A stretch of DNA of 64,000 nt, taken from Heterodontus francisci (taxonomy: Eukaryota). Below the pieces are notes generated by a model that worked only from the letters and a program-made list of their open reading frames with translations, ran no database searches and had not been told where the DNA came from. The stretch spans positions 71,492,893 to 71,556,892 of the forward strand of contig NC_090394.1 in NCBI RefSeq assembly GCF_036365525.1. The letters are read 5' to 3'. Positions 36,739 through 50,746 of this stretch are shown piece after piece (position 1 is the stretch's first letter; each line of letters begins with the position of its first letter). The position numbers and the translations under genes were made by a program.

Positions 36739-39700
36739 CATCAAATTTCTGATTCGCTCAACCTTTTGGCTCTGCCCAGTCTGAATCCAAGTGCAATCAC
36801 ACACTATTTGTTGCAACCTTGCTGGATCAAAGCTATGCAACATTGGATAGTGAGGCACAGCTCTTTCACTTAACCTCACTCCTCTGCTGAACCCTCACTG
36901 CCCTTCAAAGGGAAACCAGATTCTGAAATCAGAGCTCACTCACCCATTCTCCTCTGTTGGACGCGAACTGATTCAGCAGCTGCATTGTTAGGAATTTATC
37001 AGTAGTGTAACAACTTTAATATCAAACTGAATATTCATAACTTCAAGAAAAAAATTAATATAAATTAGAGCAGAGACTGCTAAGAGGAGATTTGATAGAG
37101 CTATTCAAAATCATGAATGGTTTTGATATTGGAAATAGTTTCTCCTTATTTACTCTAACAGAAGGGTCAGTAACCAGAGGACACAGATTTAAATTGATTG
37201 GCAAAAGAACCAGATGTGACAAGAGGAAAATAAAATAACCTAGCGCGTTATGATCTGGAAAACACTGCCGGAAAAGATGGTGGAAGCAGATTCAATAATC
37301 AGTTAAATGTTTATAAGAAAAATTTTTAAAAATCGCAGGGATATGGAAAGAGAGAAGGGGATGGGGACTAATTTCATATAGCTGGTACAGGTACAATGGG
37401 CCAAATGGCATCCTACCGTGCTGTATCGTTCTATGATTCTGAATAACATTCTGAAGAAATTCACTATAAAAGGTTTAAAATAGAGTTCACCACTTGCAGG
37501 TGTAAGGTCCAATTCATCAATTACATCTAATCTCAGAGTCAGACTGATATAGGAAGAGAATGGCCAATAAAGTACGCAAGATAGTAAATGGTTAAATTCA
37601 GGATTGTACTTCAAAATGATATTGACATGGGTTCAAAGTTGTGAGAATCAATTTTAAGACTAATTTCAGGAAGCTCGCCACACAATGAGACAAATATAAA
37701 AAACAATCTTCCAGATGAATAGTGGAGACAAAAAGCCTGGAATCATTTAGGAAACAGCAGGATGCAAAACAGCAACTGTAGGGTCTTCCAGCTGGATGTG
37801 TTCAGATGGGCTGAATGGCCTTCCTCATCCATAACTATCTTGTACATTATTAGCTACACCTATCTGCCAAGTATCTTTGAAACCTGCTGTTGAAGAGTAT
37901 GTTATACGAGGGTAACACTTTACACACAATACATTGAAACAGAACTATAATTAGGCATCTGCCTACAATGCTATAGTTAATACTTTGTACATGATGATAC
38001 AGATGTATTTTTAAAGTCAGTTGATGCATTGAAGGATATGTTCTCTTGCACACGACTATTAAGGTCAGTACACACCATCTGTGTTAATCAGTAAGGTTTT
38101 CTCCTGCTTTATTTTCTAAAGTTTAGGACTGATGAGCAAATTATTCAATGACATGAAAGTAACAAGCAGAAATATCGGAAGTTGTTTCCCTAGGTTATAA
38201 CAATTGCAAGCAAGTTTTTGAAAGCAAGACATTTTTTCAGGATATTCATGCAGCAGAAATTAATCTCTATGAATTACACTCAATCCACACTTCCATCAGA
38301 TGCTGAACTAATAATCAAACGGCTTTCATGTAATGCTATTTATCCAAAAGTGAACCATGAATCTATGCCAGGAATTTAACCAATTTCTACTGAAGTGGTT
38401 TGAGGGTCCGAAACTGGCCCACTTTAAAATACACTCGGCACTGGGAACTTTCTTCTTATGCCACATGGTTTGATCCACATTCAAAGATCATTATTTACTT
38501 GCAGCTCAGCAAAGCACCAGCTGTCCAACCTTTAAGCAGGGAAGGTTAGCATCAATCAGGAGACACCATTTTGGATGGATATTTAGAGTCAAAGTGTTTG
38601 GTCAGGAACATAAAAGATTTTATGCACCATGATCTGAATGTTCAGATATTACAGCAATCAACTCTGGAGTTTTCCTGATCCTTGGCCCTGGGGAATTCCC
38701 ATTTTCCCAGGGGTGAGTCTCCACCACTTTCACGTTACCCTGGAATTTCCAGGGCTTCCTGATTGAATGGAACTGGATCTGCCTTCAGCAGGCACAGACC
38801 AACTGCTGGAATGGCCAGTGAGATTTGGCACTGTGGCTTGCCCCTGGACTGCTTGGTAAATGGAGGATCTGTGGGGATCTTTAGGGCAAACCAAAGACAG
38901 GAAAAGAAAAACTTATTTTTGTACGTTTAGTTTCAAGATGTCCACATTTAATTGAGACCTTCTTGCAGCGGATTTCTGCTTCTTGGATGCTTGTAAGCTG
39001 CAGACTTGTGGGAGAGTTACAGTTCCTGTCTTTTTTGTTAGCACCAGGCTCTCTGGAAGGGGTGCCTTTGGAATGATCCAGAACCGGAATCCCAGTGCTA
39101 CTGAGCTTGCAGAAGAGCAGTGCACTTCGAGTGAACCAGCAAATCTGCCCACACAGGTTTATAATGTCAAAGTTTTTGTATCAGGAACAGAATGTGCCTG
39201 CACGTGTTGGGGGTAAAGGAAAATGCATAAATTCAACTCTGGTGTCTTGAAGTTAAGCTCCTTGCATGCAAGTGTACTAATCTTCCATGTGGTCAGTATT
39301 TTAATGGAAGCACTGAATAGCAGATGCAGTTTTATGACTAACTGCTGAGACATTAATCAATTAGATACTAATATGCCTCCTTCTGTATTGTAATCATTTT
39401 ATGATTCAATGTAAAGAGGTGAACTTGAAGATATAGGTGTGGAGTACAAGACAAGGTTTAGTATGATGTGTTAAGGATTTGAAGAGACTGAAATTGAAGG
39501 AGATTGTGTCTGCTTGAGACCACAGAGAGGTCCATTGCCCAGGAATCCCACAGAACTCCATCTCGGTCACAAGTCAGTTACAACAGATCTTCCTCATGAG
39601 GAAAAAGCAACTGAGTTCAACAATTTTGACTGTGAAAGTAACTTGCTCACACAGAAAAAAAAGAACTGCTGCATTCTCCTCCCTTCACTGGAATTACTGG

Positions 39701-40332
39701 GCGTGCGTGAGAGCACGTCTCAAAACCTCAAGTAATATCCTAAGATAAAGCTTTTTCATGTGCATGTTCATAGTTCTTAAGATGTGAAAGGTAACAGAAA
39801 AAGACAGAGATATCTTTTACTTACTATTTTAGGTGCAAGTGTCAAAGGTTTGGAGAAGTTGATTTTTTGACATTTTGAATTATTAAGTCATTTTTAGTAA
39901 GAACGGTAGGCGGAAGGTAAAGGTAGAAAAATTCAGGCACACAAGAATTCCTGCTGTGCCCATCATGCCTCTACAACTGAAAAGACACAAGCTGTCAGGA
40001 AGGAGTGGAGGGGAAAGAAAGCGACACAGAGGGTAAATAAGAAAGAAAAAGACAAAACAAGAACACACATACGAACATAAAAAGTCATTAAAGAATGAAG
40101 ATATGACAGACAAGTTTCACTGGAATCATTATCGGCTCTTTTCTACTTGGATTTCATGACACTGAAAGCCTGAGTAAGGCTCCAAAAATGTTACCATTCT
40201 TGAAATTAATGTAGTGCTAGCTTTGTGAAATTAATAGGTGGCTTGTCTACCACTTTGCCCGACAAGATTATTTAATATTTGTCTGGTTTTGAGATGGTTT
40301 GTTTTTGAATCTTTGACCCTTCTGGGATATAC

Positions 40333-40483
40333 CTGTTCCAGCGTAATCATCTTGCTATGCAGCAGAGCCCACAGACAGGATACAGCAGTCGTGCGGATTG
40401 CAGCTGCTGTCCTCCCAGCATGCCACAGCAGATTAGGCACCAAAATATCTCTTACAAGCGTCTCCAGGTAGCTACTGAAGTGC
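40333..40483 (-). CDS. DNAAF5: DNAAF5 coding exon (about exon 10)
   Basis: ttcag|G CAC TTC ... GAA CAG|gtatat. Translates HFSSYLETLVRDILVPNLLWHAGRTAAAIRTTAVSCLWALLHSKMITLEQ, containing the characteristic WHAGRTAAAIRT motif. 151 bp. Confidence 0.96.
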
Positions 40484-41577
40484 CTGAAGCAAAACAGAAG
40501 ACACTGCAGTTAGCAATGGAAAAACAGAGGCAGGATTAATAACTTGTACATGTGGAATTTTTTAATTTTAAAGGGGTGTGGGTGGGAAGTCACTGCGTTT
40601 CCAACTAAATGATATGGCAAGGCGAGGTTTAGTGGGGTGGAAGAATGGTTGTTTTTATTTGGCTCAGCTGACTGGCTTTGCTCATTGAGAGAGAGATTAA
40701 TCTTACCAAACAATCCAACTTTTAACGATGGAATATTAATCAAATAATGGCTTGCGATTTTGTTGGTGCAGCCTTTTTCTGTGTAATTTAATTGTTCTTA
40801 AATCACACCACAGGTTGAGAGCTGCTTGCATAAAAAACAGCAGGCTAGCAAAGGAGTCACCCACTCCTCTGAACAAATTCCACTTTAGCATTAATAAAAT
40901 GTTTCACGTTCACAAAGAATCCAGCTTACAAAAGGTGACTGCACAAGAAGAATCACTAAAAAGACTGACGTTTATGTAGCCTTGCAGAGATTATTTCTCA
41001 TGCTTCACAAGTTCTTGTAAAGATTACCATTGACTGTTATAATGGGAGTTTGCCATATTTTGTTAATTTTTTAGCATCATCAAGAATTACACATTCCATT
41101 ATTCTTCAAAGAGCATTTCACATAACCATCAACACCAAAGCAAGCCTCGCAGCACTCAGAATTTTAAACTGTACGGCTTATTTTCATCGTCCTCTTTCCC
41201 TCCCAACGTACTCCCCTTCACTCCTGAAGACTGTTGTTCAGTCGTGGAATACAATTCCTCTGAAGCATTCATCAGTTAATACCTTGCCAAATGGCTATTG
41301 TTTATGACGTAAACTCGACAAAAGGAAAGAATTTCCAATTTGCAACTCGATGTGATAGGCGATATATTTAATTTCAGTCATTAGGATCATACGCAAAAAT
41401 CAAAACATGATGGCTTTACTTTCACACTCACTGATTAACTTAATGCCTCTCAAGTTATTAATGGACGTGCTCGAGGGTCCACGAGGAAATATGCTTCTGC
41501 GGATCAGAATATGCTAGCTCACAGTCATTACATTTCTGACATTATTCCATACATTCATTCCATTAATAACTTGACAG

Positions 41578-42320
41578 GCTCCAACAAGAGAGAATCTAAC
41601 CATCTCCCCTTGATATTCAACGGCATTACCATCGCTGAATTCCCCACTAACAACATCCTAGGGGCTACCATGGAGCAGAAACTGAACTGGAGTAGCCATA
41701 TAAATACCATGGCTACAAGAGCAGGGCAGAGGCTAGGAATCCTGCGGCAAGTAACTCACCTCCTGACTCCCCAAAGCCTGTACACCATCTACAAGGCATA
41801 AGTCAGGAGTGTGATGGAATACTCACCACTTGCCTGGATGAGTGCAGCTCCAACAACACTCAAGAAGCTCGACACCATCCAGGACAAAGCAGCCCGCTTG
41901 ATTGGCACCCCATCTACAAACATTCACTCCCTCCACCACCGACGCAGAGTGGCAGCAGTGTGTACCATCTACAAGATGCACTGCAGCAACGCACCAAGGC
42001 TCCTGAGACAGCACCTTCCAAACCCGCGACCTCTACCAACTAGAAGGACAAGGGCAGCAAATGCATGGGAACACCACGACCTGCAAGTTCCCCTCCAAGT
42101 CACACACCATCCTGATTTGGAACTATATTGCCGTTCCTTCACTGTCGCTGGGTCAAAATCCGGGAACTCCCTTCCTAACAGCACTGTGGGTGTACCTACC
42201 CCACATGGACTGCAGCGGTTCAAGAAGGCAGCTCCACCACATTCTCAAGGGCAATAAGGGATGGGCAATAAATGCTGGCCTGGCCAGTGACGCCCACATC
42301 CCATAAATGAGTAAAAAAAC
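41578..42320 (+). mobile_element. 3' fragment of the CR1-group LINE family seen at 14590-18255
   Basis: SNKRESNHLPLIFNGITIAE...MEYSPLAWMSAAPTTLKKLDTIQDKAARLI, ending cccacatcccataaatgagtaaaaaaa. Confidence 0.9.
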
Positions 42321-42470
42321 ATGCAAGAATCTGTGGGTTTTTCCCCCAACGCTCAAGAAAACACCTATGGGCACATTGGGCCAGATTTTAGCAGGCTGCC
42401 GGCGGAATTGGCAGCAGGTGGCAAAATTTGTGGCCTGCACGCATGGGGCGCACATCGCGGAGCTGCCGCA

Positions 42471-42607
42471 ATTGCAAATGCGGCGACTCATTTGCATTGG
42501 TGCAGTGCCGCACCCCCCCCTTCCCCAATCACACAGAGGGGGTGGGCCAAAGGACATCGCAAACAGCGTCAGATGAAGAATGGTCAGGTGCTGGCGCCAT
42601 ATTTAAA
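42471..42607 (+). promoter_or_regulatory. Putative promoter of the Harbinger Myb gene
   Basis: Octamer ATTTGCAT at 42490-42497, CCAAT at about 42525 and TATTTAAA at 42600-42607, about 100 bp upstream of the ATG. Confidence 0.4.
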
Positions 42608-42702
42608 GGGCAGCCAGCCCTGCATTAGTTACCCTGCATTTTCAGAGTTCTGTCTGAAGATTTAAACTGCAGAGTAAAGGCAAACATCAACAGGCCTCAA
42701 AG

Positions 42703-44483
42703 ATGTCAGATGCGTGATCCAGGGTGGCCCAACGGTTCAGCAATGCCTCCCTTCTCATTCTCCTTCAGGCTGTGTGGACGAGGCAGGAGGTCCTTTTCCC
42801 CAGCGATGGCAAGAAGAGGCCCTCCCGCCTGACCAAGCAAGCCTGGATGGAGATTGCAGAGGAGGTAAGCTGCCGTGGGGTCACCCGCTGCAAATGGAAC
42901 CAGTGCTGCCAGAGAATGAATGATCTCATTCGCACAGCAAAGGTAAATGGCACTTTTTTTTTTAAGGGCCCCAGGTTTGCCCGCACTGCAGTGTCAAACA
43001 CAGGGAGGCCAGGCGGGGAACACTGATGCCACGTGGGAGTCTGCATGTGTGAAAGACTCGATCCCTCATTTGCACCCCACAGCATGGCACCTTCATGACC
43101 TGCTGAGTCCGTCTGACACATTGACTATCACCCACATTTTGTTGTCGCGCCCCTATTGTGCAAAGCAGCATGTGCTTGTATGTCAATGTTTAAAATATGC
43201 ATCCTTGCTCTTCCAGGCAAAGAGTGCGCATAATGCGAGGGAGTCCACCAGGACTGGAGGAGGGGTGCCGGAACTTCGACTACTGACTCAGGCTGAGGAG
43301 GAGGCCCTCAAAATACATGGTGGACATGCAGGACGTCCAATTTCAGAAGTGGAGCTTGGCTTCCGGGATGAACATTCATCTCATCAACAAACGCAATGAT
43401 TATTCCAAACATTTCCTTTGTTGACACAATGCAGTCATATTAGTGATATATACACCAGTGAATCTAAAACGGTGCACTTCACATTGTATCTGGCAGGGTA
43501 ATGCTCCGAGGTGGCACCAGAGGGTGTCAGCACCTCTGAGGAGGAGACGACCTCGGAGGACGCAGCATCCCATGACACTCCCGCACCTTCCACCAGTGCA
43601 GAGACACTCACCTTGATGGGAATGAGTTCAGCTTTAGAGACTGGATCACAAGCTGGTGACAGCACCACGCACGCACCGGAGCAGCTGTCTGAGGCAGAGA
43701 CAGCCGAGGCCTCTGACAGTCAGAGGACTGTGGGAGGCCAGGCACATGCTGAGCCCGAAGTTGATGACCACCCTCTGGTGTCGACAGCACAGAGCATGCT
43801 GTAGTTGCAGGGAGAGGTAAGGCAACATCAGGCAGAGATGCCACAGGCCGTGTGCAACCATGAGCAGATGATGGGGGAGTCCATCCAGGCCCCAACAGCT
43901 GCCATGTCCTGGTCAAACGAGTGCATGGCTTCCTCTATAGAAAGGACGGCAAACTTCATGGAGAGCCACATCCCACAGATGTGTGCTGATCTGCAAACCA
44001 TCGCCTCGGCCATGAGCTGGATGCAGCAGTGGCTAGGCGAGAGAGGGACCAGGGACGTGGACACTGTCTCTGCACCCAGTCTTTCTCAGGAGAGCAGCGA
44101 GGTTCCCACGAACCTTGAGAGGGAGAAGGACAGCCAGCCATCCATATGAGGCGGCTCCTCAGGGCGCGTCCAATGTGGTCACCAGCCCCTCAGCCCCTCC
44201 GCTGGTGAGTCCAGCTCCAGCAGCCACAACATCTGGAGGAGACCCCTGCACTGGTGCTGGAGGCCCTCAGGCAGCCAGTGCCCTCCAGGTCTCGTGCGCC
44301 CAGAGGATGATTCCCAAGTCATCGAAAGCCAAAGACTGTCTTGATCAGAAGCCTGCCTCCAGTCAAGCTGCTAGCGCAGAGGTTGCACAGAGTAAGACCA
44401 CCCTCAAGCGGCTAAAAAAAGATACAATGACACATACGGGTTATCATGGGTGCAACGTCTATGTTCTGTTAACTTATCATTAA
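42703..44483 (+). pseudogene. Harbinger Myb/SANT-like DNA-binding protein gene (NAIF1/MSANTD-type), intron-containing and disabled
   Basis: ATG at 42703 with an in-frame TGA at 42715. Exon 1 to 42942 (RFSNASL..LL..V...LF...KQAWMEIAEEV....RCKWNQCCQRMNDL; AAG|gtaaat). Exon 2 from 43217 (ttccag|AKSAHNARESTRTGGG...LTQAEEEAL). Acidic and coiled-coil 3' part from about 43497 with stops. ATTAAA at 44479. Confidence 0.85.
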
Positions 44484-44773
44484 ATGTGTTTGTTGAACAG
44501 GTGTCTCCTTTTTACTGTGTGAATGACGCTTGCCAGCATGTGCCAACTATGTCTCCTCCCATGACATCATTGCCCTGGAGCAATGCCAAACTATAGAAAA
44601 ACATCATTGCCATGCCAGCATGCATGATGGCAGCACTGCATGGGTGCAGTCACATGGGCAATGGCTCAGTCATCTGCTGCCAGTAATAGTGGTGACACAG
44701 ATGTCACATATGTAGGAGACTGCCTACCGAATGCAGCATGGTGAAGTGCGAAATGGGGAGCATATTCAGCTCT

Positions 44774-45956
44774 TTATGAATAGGGGAAGCACTCAGCAAT
44801 AAGGTGTTGCTGAGCATCGCTTACTCTTTGCGCATATTGTCTGCCATGCCTCCATTATCTCAGTCCTCCCATGCGTGTATGCTGCTGCACCTCCTCCCCG
44901 TCCACATCGTGCGAGCATGTCTCCTGCTCGTCTCTCTACTTTGCCTGGAAGGCCTCCCCCCTCTGTATTGCAAAGTTGTGCAGAGCACATCACACAGCGA
45001 CAATGCATGCTACCTTTTCTGGTGAGTACTGTTGGGCCCCACCTGACATGTGTAGGCAGTGGAAGCATATCTTGAGCATGCCAATGGCCTGCTCGATGGT
45101 AGCTCATGTCGAGCCCTGGCAGGCATTGTATGTTTCCTCTGCATCAATGGCTGTGTTTCTCACTGGCATCAGCAGCCATGTCTGCAAGGGTTTTCCCTTC
45201 TCCCCAAGAAGCCACCCCTGGATCTGAGACGGTGCAGTGAAGTGCACTGGCACCTGGGCACGCTACTACATGAGTCATGGCAGCTGCCTGGAAAGCAGTC
45301 ACACACTTGCATGAAGCGTTTACTGTGGTCACATACAAGCTGTATATGGAGTAGACGCCCTTTCTATTCAGAAAAGTGGCTGATTGTCCGACTGGAGCCT
45401 TAACGGCCACATGCGGGCAGTCGGTGAACCATTGCACCTGTGGGACACCCGCGATGGCCCCAAATCAGACAGCCCTTTGGGACTGACCCTAAGGGTGTGT
45501 GCCAAAGCACACATATCCAGCGGTCCTCCTGTGACAAGGCATCACTGACTTCCCTGATACAGCTGTGCACTGGCGACTGTGAAATGCCACACAGGTCGTC
45601 GGTGCGTTTCTGGAAAGATGCGGAGGCGCAGAAGGTAAGACTTTGAGGGCCACATGCATAGGGGGCCCATCAAACCCCATCGTCTGCAGCTCATCATTCA
45701 GCACGGCACAAAGATACGCAAACACGTCTCTGGACATCTGCAGCCATCTCTGACACTGGCGATCCAACATGTGCAGTTATGTCATGTGGGGCCTGTTGAG
45801 CTGCTGACTTCACGGACTTCGATAGCACCTTGGTGGCTGCTGCTGCTCCCTTCCACGAGCTTCCACATGGGCTGTGCCTGCCTGTTGGTTCGGTTTCCGG
45901 CAGATGTGGCTCCTCATGGCACTTGGATCGAGAGAGACAGGATGGACCAGCCCCAT
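44774..45956 (-). pseudogene. Harbinger (HARBI1-like) DDE transposase, disabled
   Basis: ATG at 45956 is in frame with MLDRQCQRWLQMSR. Motifs FTDCPHVAVKAP, FLNRKG, FPGSCHDS, WLLGEKGKPL..WLLMP, TRATIEQAIGMLK, QYSPEKV...CCALHNFA and QHLIAECF..*. Several stops and frameshifts. Confidence 0.88.
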
Positions 45957-47074
45957 CTGAACGCTGGTGAACTCGGTGCCTTCAGTGGATCAATGGCACC
46001 TATCAGGGCACACAGTGATGTACATTGGTGCTGTAGTTGCATTCTATCATCACCTACATGGTATGGTATGACATCACCCATACTAGCTTGGCATGAAAAC
46101 GGGGCAGCATGAACACGGTCATGTTACTGACGTTGCGAGGATGCAACTATCAGCCACATGACCTTCAACCCAAGATCATTTTTGACCCATAGGTGTCATG
46201 TAGTGCTATTGCTCCCCCCTTCACCAAACAGCGCTGGCCAAGTGCAGGGTCAACTGCCATCACCACCACGCTGAACCCCTTCACAGTAGAGCGTCATAGG
46301 GTCCCTCTCATTTCATGCAGAGTTATGTACCATTCACCGAAGACCCCCACCCACCTCCCTGATTTCATGCAGAGTTATGTCCCGGCCATCGGACACCCCC
46401 ACCCACCTCCCTTTACCTGCTCAGAGGACTGATGCTTCGTTGTCGCCAGCTTTTCACAGACGTGAACGTGACTGCACGCGAGTGCCACACATCTGAATAA
46501 AGATTGAAACCTGCTTCCTGGATTGCTGCGGCCTGCATGCTAAGTAGCAATTAACATTGCAATGCAGGTCCCATAGCCGAACGGTGGAGTGGCCGCAACG
46601 AGGCCACGCTGCTGCCGAGATCGGTGCGGGCCCTGTTGGCATCAGGGTCAGTGGCGGGCCTCCGCCGTCCCGATCTTCATTGCCTGACCCCACCACCCCC
46701 CCACAAGCCTCCACCATTCCCAGCGGCAGAGGGCCTTTAAAATCCAGCCCATTGTGTCTTCCAGATCAAATAAGGAATAAGTTAATGTTATTTAACTTCT
46801 CCTGTATCCATTCATGCACTGATTGAGACCTTTTAAACAAAGAACTGTGAAAACATTTTGGCTGGGAACCTGAGTGACGGCAATATGAAGAAGCACAGGT
46901 ACAAACCATCAAATTCTCTAACAATTTTAACAAGACATAAATCTGTTTTGCTTTGATCACAATGGGGACACAAATAATTTACAAACAGAAAATGCTGAAA
47001 ACAGTCAGCAAGTCAGGCAACATCTGTGGAGATGGAAATAGAGTTAACATTTCAGGTTGATGACTTTTCTAATG

Positions 47075-47550
47075 AATGATTCCAGGGATGAGGGATTTTA
47101 GTTACAAGGTTAGGTTGGAAAAGTTGGGGTTGTTCTCCCTGGAGCAAAGGAGATTGAGGGGAGATTTGATAGCGGTATACAAGATTATGACTGGCTTAGA
47201 TAAGTTGGGACAAGGAAAAACTGTTCCCATTAACTGACGGTACAAGGACTAGGGACACAGATTGAAGGTTTTGGGCAAGGGATGCAGGAGGAATGTGAAG
47301 AAGAACTTTTTTAGGCAGCGAGTGGTAATGACCTGGAACTCACTGCCCACAAGGGTGGTGGCCGCAGAGACAATGATTTCGAAGGAAACTGCATGGGTGT
47401 TTGAAGAAAATAAACATGCAGGACTACAGGAATCGAGTGGGGGTGGGGGGAGTGCGCAAGGGAAGTAGGACTGACTGAATTGCTCAGCGGAGAGTCACCA
47501 TGGACTCGATGGGTTGAAAGACCACCTTCTATGGAGTAAATGACTCTAAG
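47075..47550 (+). mobile_element. CR1 3' fragment
   Basis: KVLGKGCRRNVKKNFFRQRVVMTWNSLP followed by a 3' UTR. Confidence 0.85.
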
Positions 47551-49222
47551 AAACTGAGGCAGTGAAATTGTGTGTGAAAGGAGGAGTCCAGTCGCAGCAT
47601 GAGCCACCAGAATGATGGTGTGGGTGGGCGGGTGCAGAATTATCAAAAACCAACACGTTGCATGTTACCTGAGGTTAGATAAGGTGCAACTGGACAACAA
47701 GCAAAAAGTGACCTGTGACCGCAGACCCCGATTCCAGATCCTGGGTTATCTGAAACCTTCCTGATGGGTTAAAGAGGCAGATTGTTTGATTACCCTTTGA
47801 GCAAAACTCGGTGATTTCTGTCTGTCCAACATCAAATTTCTGCACTTGTTGACTTATCAGCAGGTAACGTGTGCTACTGTATACTAATAAACAATGTCAT
47901 CTGCAATAATAAAATTGCTTTACTATTGGTAGCTGGCATTTTCTTATAGGGAGCGGGGTGGGGGTCTCCAGGTGCGTTGTTTTTGGAGAGGGTCCCCGCC
48001 ACACACAAAAATAAAGCTTGAAAACCACTGGCTTTCAGAGTTTTTTCTACGTGAGCTTGGTTACTTAACATAAAAGGAGCTGGCAGTCATTGAAGGCAGC
48101 AGAGCAGAGTGCAAGATAGGCGTGGTGCAGAAAGCTGGGTTCGGCTGGTTCAAAACTTGGTTGTTGACTTAGCTTGCTTTACCTTAACTTTTAGCTTTTC
48201 CCAATTTTTTTTTATATTTCAATGCGCCATTGAAGGCTGAGCCTTTGATGTTCAGTTGGAGGACTGTGGTCCAAATGGCTGGATTTGTTGGCCGTCCTGA
48301 ATGATTTCTTTGTTTGTGTATTTCCCAACTCTGCCTGGATGGTAGATAACAGCTGAAGCCTCCTCTCTTGGAAAGGTGTGCAGCTTTTGCACAACGCGGG
48401 TTGTGATAAAAGGGGAGGCAGAACACTTCTAGCCATAGGCAATACAGAGGGCACTGCTGCAGTTGATGCAACAAAGTTCTATAGAAAACTTCCAAATTTA
48501 CAGAAAAAATACTTCAAATTCCAACTTGTGAAAAATATGAAATGCTGCACAAAACAATTTCTCATGTTAGGGATCATTCATAGTACAACTAGTGATATTA
48601 ACGGGAGGTTAAAAAAAATGACAGATTCTGGTTTTAAAATATGTGAAACTGTACTAACATGCCCAAATCATGCTTACAAATGAATATCAATGCAATTTTA
48701 AAAATTAAACGCAGAATTACACTATTGCATTAAAGGGACTGCCATCCCCGTGAGTGAATAAAACAACTAGGACAATTCCTGCAACCAACAAAAACGATTG
48801 AGAAAGGTTAAATAAACTGACTGAGGGGCTTGGCATTTAAGGTTGTAGATCGGATTTGGGGTGGGTGGGAGAAATAGGAAGTTGAGGTACTTTTGTCTCT
48901 CCTTCCCCAGCTCATTTTTCTCCTTAATTTAATTTTTACTTTCTCTGCACATTCCACACGTACTCTCAATGAAGCAAGATGGACACCATAAATATGGAGA
49001 AATTAAGATGTCAGCAATACCATGCAACATTCTAATTCGTATTTTGCTACACCTCATCAATAATGCACATGAGCTTGCGTCAGAAACATTCACTTAGAAT
49101 GCCAAACTCGAATCTTCCACCAGTAAATGGTACAGTTAGAACCTGCCTGTTAACTTCAAAAGGCTTGTCTCATGGGACAATTGAGAGAAATATCACTTCC
49201 ATCATGTTTTAATGTGCACAGT

Positions 49223-49237
49223 CCAGAAGATGGCGCT
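49223..49237 (+). promoter_or_regulatory. CTCF-like motif
   Basis: CCAGAAGATGGCGCT versus consensus CCAGCAGATGGCGCT, in unique intronic sequence. Confidence 0.45.
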
Positions 49238-50598
49238 CCCTTATTACAATTGTTAAAATGACCCCATTTGCTGCCAAAAGTACAGCTCATTCAAGTTCCA
49301 TCCAAAATAGCACGTAATTAAAAGTAATTTCTTAAAACATAATTAAATACATCTTGTGTGATTGATGTTGGATTATCCAGAGAAGGAAATGTTGATTTTA
49401 GTCCAGTTAATAATTCATGCTGAACTGACTAATGCAATTCTACAAGGTGGTCTGCATTCAATGACCCATTTCCAGCTTTGTCTCTGTGTTGGCATTGTTA
49501 AGAGAGACTGTTGATAGGTAAAATGTTCACATCAAAGCATAATGTTCATTTGGCTTTGTACAATTTTTCCAATAGGATTTGCACAAGGAAGAAAAAACAA
49601 AAATGCTTTTTATTTAAGACCAATCATGTAAAACAGGAAAAAAGAGAAAACAAAATGAGAGAGAAAACAGAACAAGTGGGTGGGCCACTCAGAAATTGTA
49701 TGATGAACACTTGGAGTCTGGCAGTCTGCATGGCTAAGAAATATCCAGCACCATTAGCACTCATTCGAGACAAAGAATGAGAGTGTGGCCCTTAGCCATG
49801 ACAGAGAAATTGTGCACCTGTCATCTGAATCATAAGTCTGTAAAATTCCACAAAATAGTAGAAAACATCCTGCATTGATGAAGCCTAATCTATCCCAGAG
49901 TACGGTTAGTATCCAGTAATGATTTTCTACAATCATTTCAAATAAAGCACTCGGAAAGTTGCTGTCTCTTATGTCAACCAAAGCTGGCAGGTGCAATGAA
50001 ACAAAATCATACATTAAATCAATGAGGAAGGAGCAAACCACTTGAAGTGAAATGGTGGCTCATAGCCCCAAACTTTTTCTTTTGCTGCAATTTAATAATT
50101 AGCTTCATACCATTACACACAAATTAATTGAAAGCTATTAAAATTGCACTTTGAGACAACTATTCCCAGCATAGAAGGTTGTTTTCAGGAAATGGAGCCA
50201 TTTGCTGAATGGCACATCATCACCTTTCAAGAAAGTAGCACAGTGGCATGCCCTAAATGGTCCAAATCTCTGATGGGTTGCATGCAATTCCTGAAGCAAG
50301 GATCTGTATTTAGGTGCAGAGGAACAAGGGCCTTCAGCTTACCAACAATCACAAGATTAATATCTTTTACTCCCCTGTCACTTAAAATTCTCCTTGCTTT
50401 TTCAAACTAACCAATAAGGAGACAGTGTCATCAAACAAACTTTTGAAACAAAAGCACCCCCATTGTCAAGGGGCACAACAAATAGGACTGACCAGACATT
50501 TAATTCTTCTTTTATCGGCTTTAAAATGTAAGATATCAAATTTTTACTCAGAGAAATTTGGTATCCAGAACTTAAACCTGCATCTGCTATGTACCTAC

Positions 50599-50746
50599 CC
50601 GTGAGAATTCAGCGTTTCATTGGCATTCAGCAACAATTTTGATAACATCGTGAAGACTTTTAAGCGTATCTCGGGATCTCTGCTGGGCTGAAGGCAGGTT
50701 TTCAAGACTGGAAAAACTTCATGAAGTGATTCCCCAAGTACAGGAC
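50599..50746 (-). CDS. DNAAF5: DNAAF5 coding exon (about exon 9); not in the ORF track
   Basis: ctgcag|GT CCT GTA CTT GGG ... TCT CAC GG|gtagg. Translates (G)PVLGESLHEVFPVLKTCLQPSRDPEIRLKVFTMLSKLLLNANETLNSHG. 148 bp; phases match both neighbours. Confidence 0.93.

Larger units (their letters stand above)
42378..46750. mobile_element. PIF/Harbinger DNA transposon with complete boundaries, decayed
   Basis: TIRs GGGCCAGATTTTA (42378-42390) and TAAAATCCAGCCC (46738-46750) match at 11/13. ATT on both flanks (42375-42377 and 46751-46753). Contains convergent Myb/SANT and DDE transposase genes. Confidence 0.92.

Noticed and set aside
42703-45956. Domesticated host genes NAIF1/MSANTD and HARBI1
   Set aside because: Both carry stops or frameshifts and sit between TIRs with a TSD, so this is a transposon copy.
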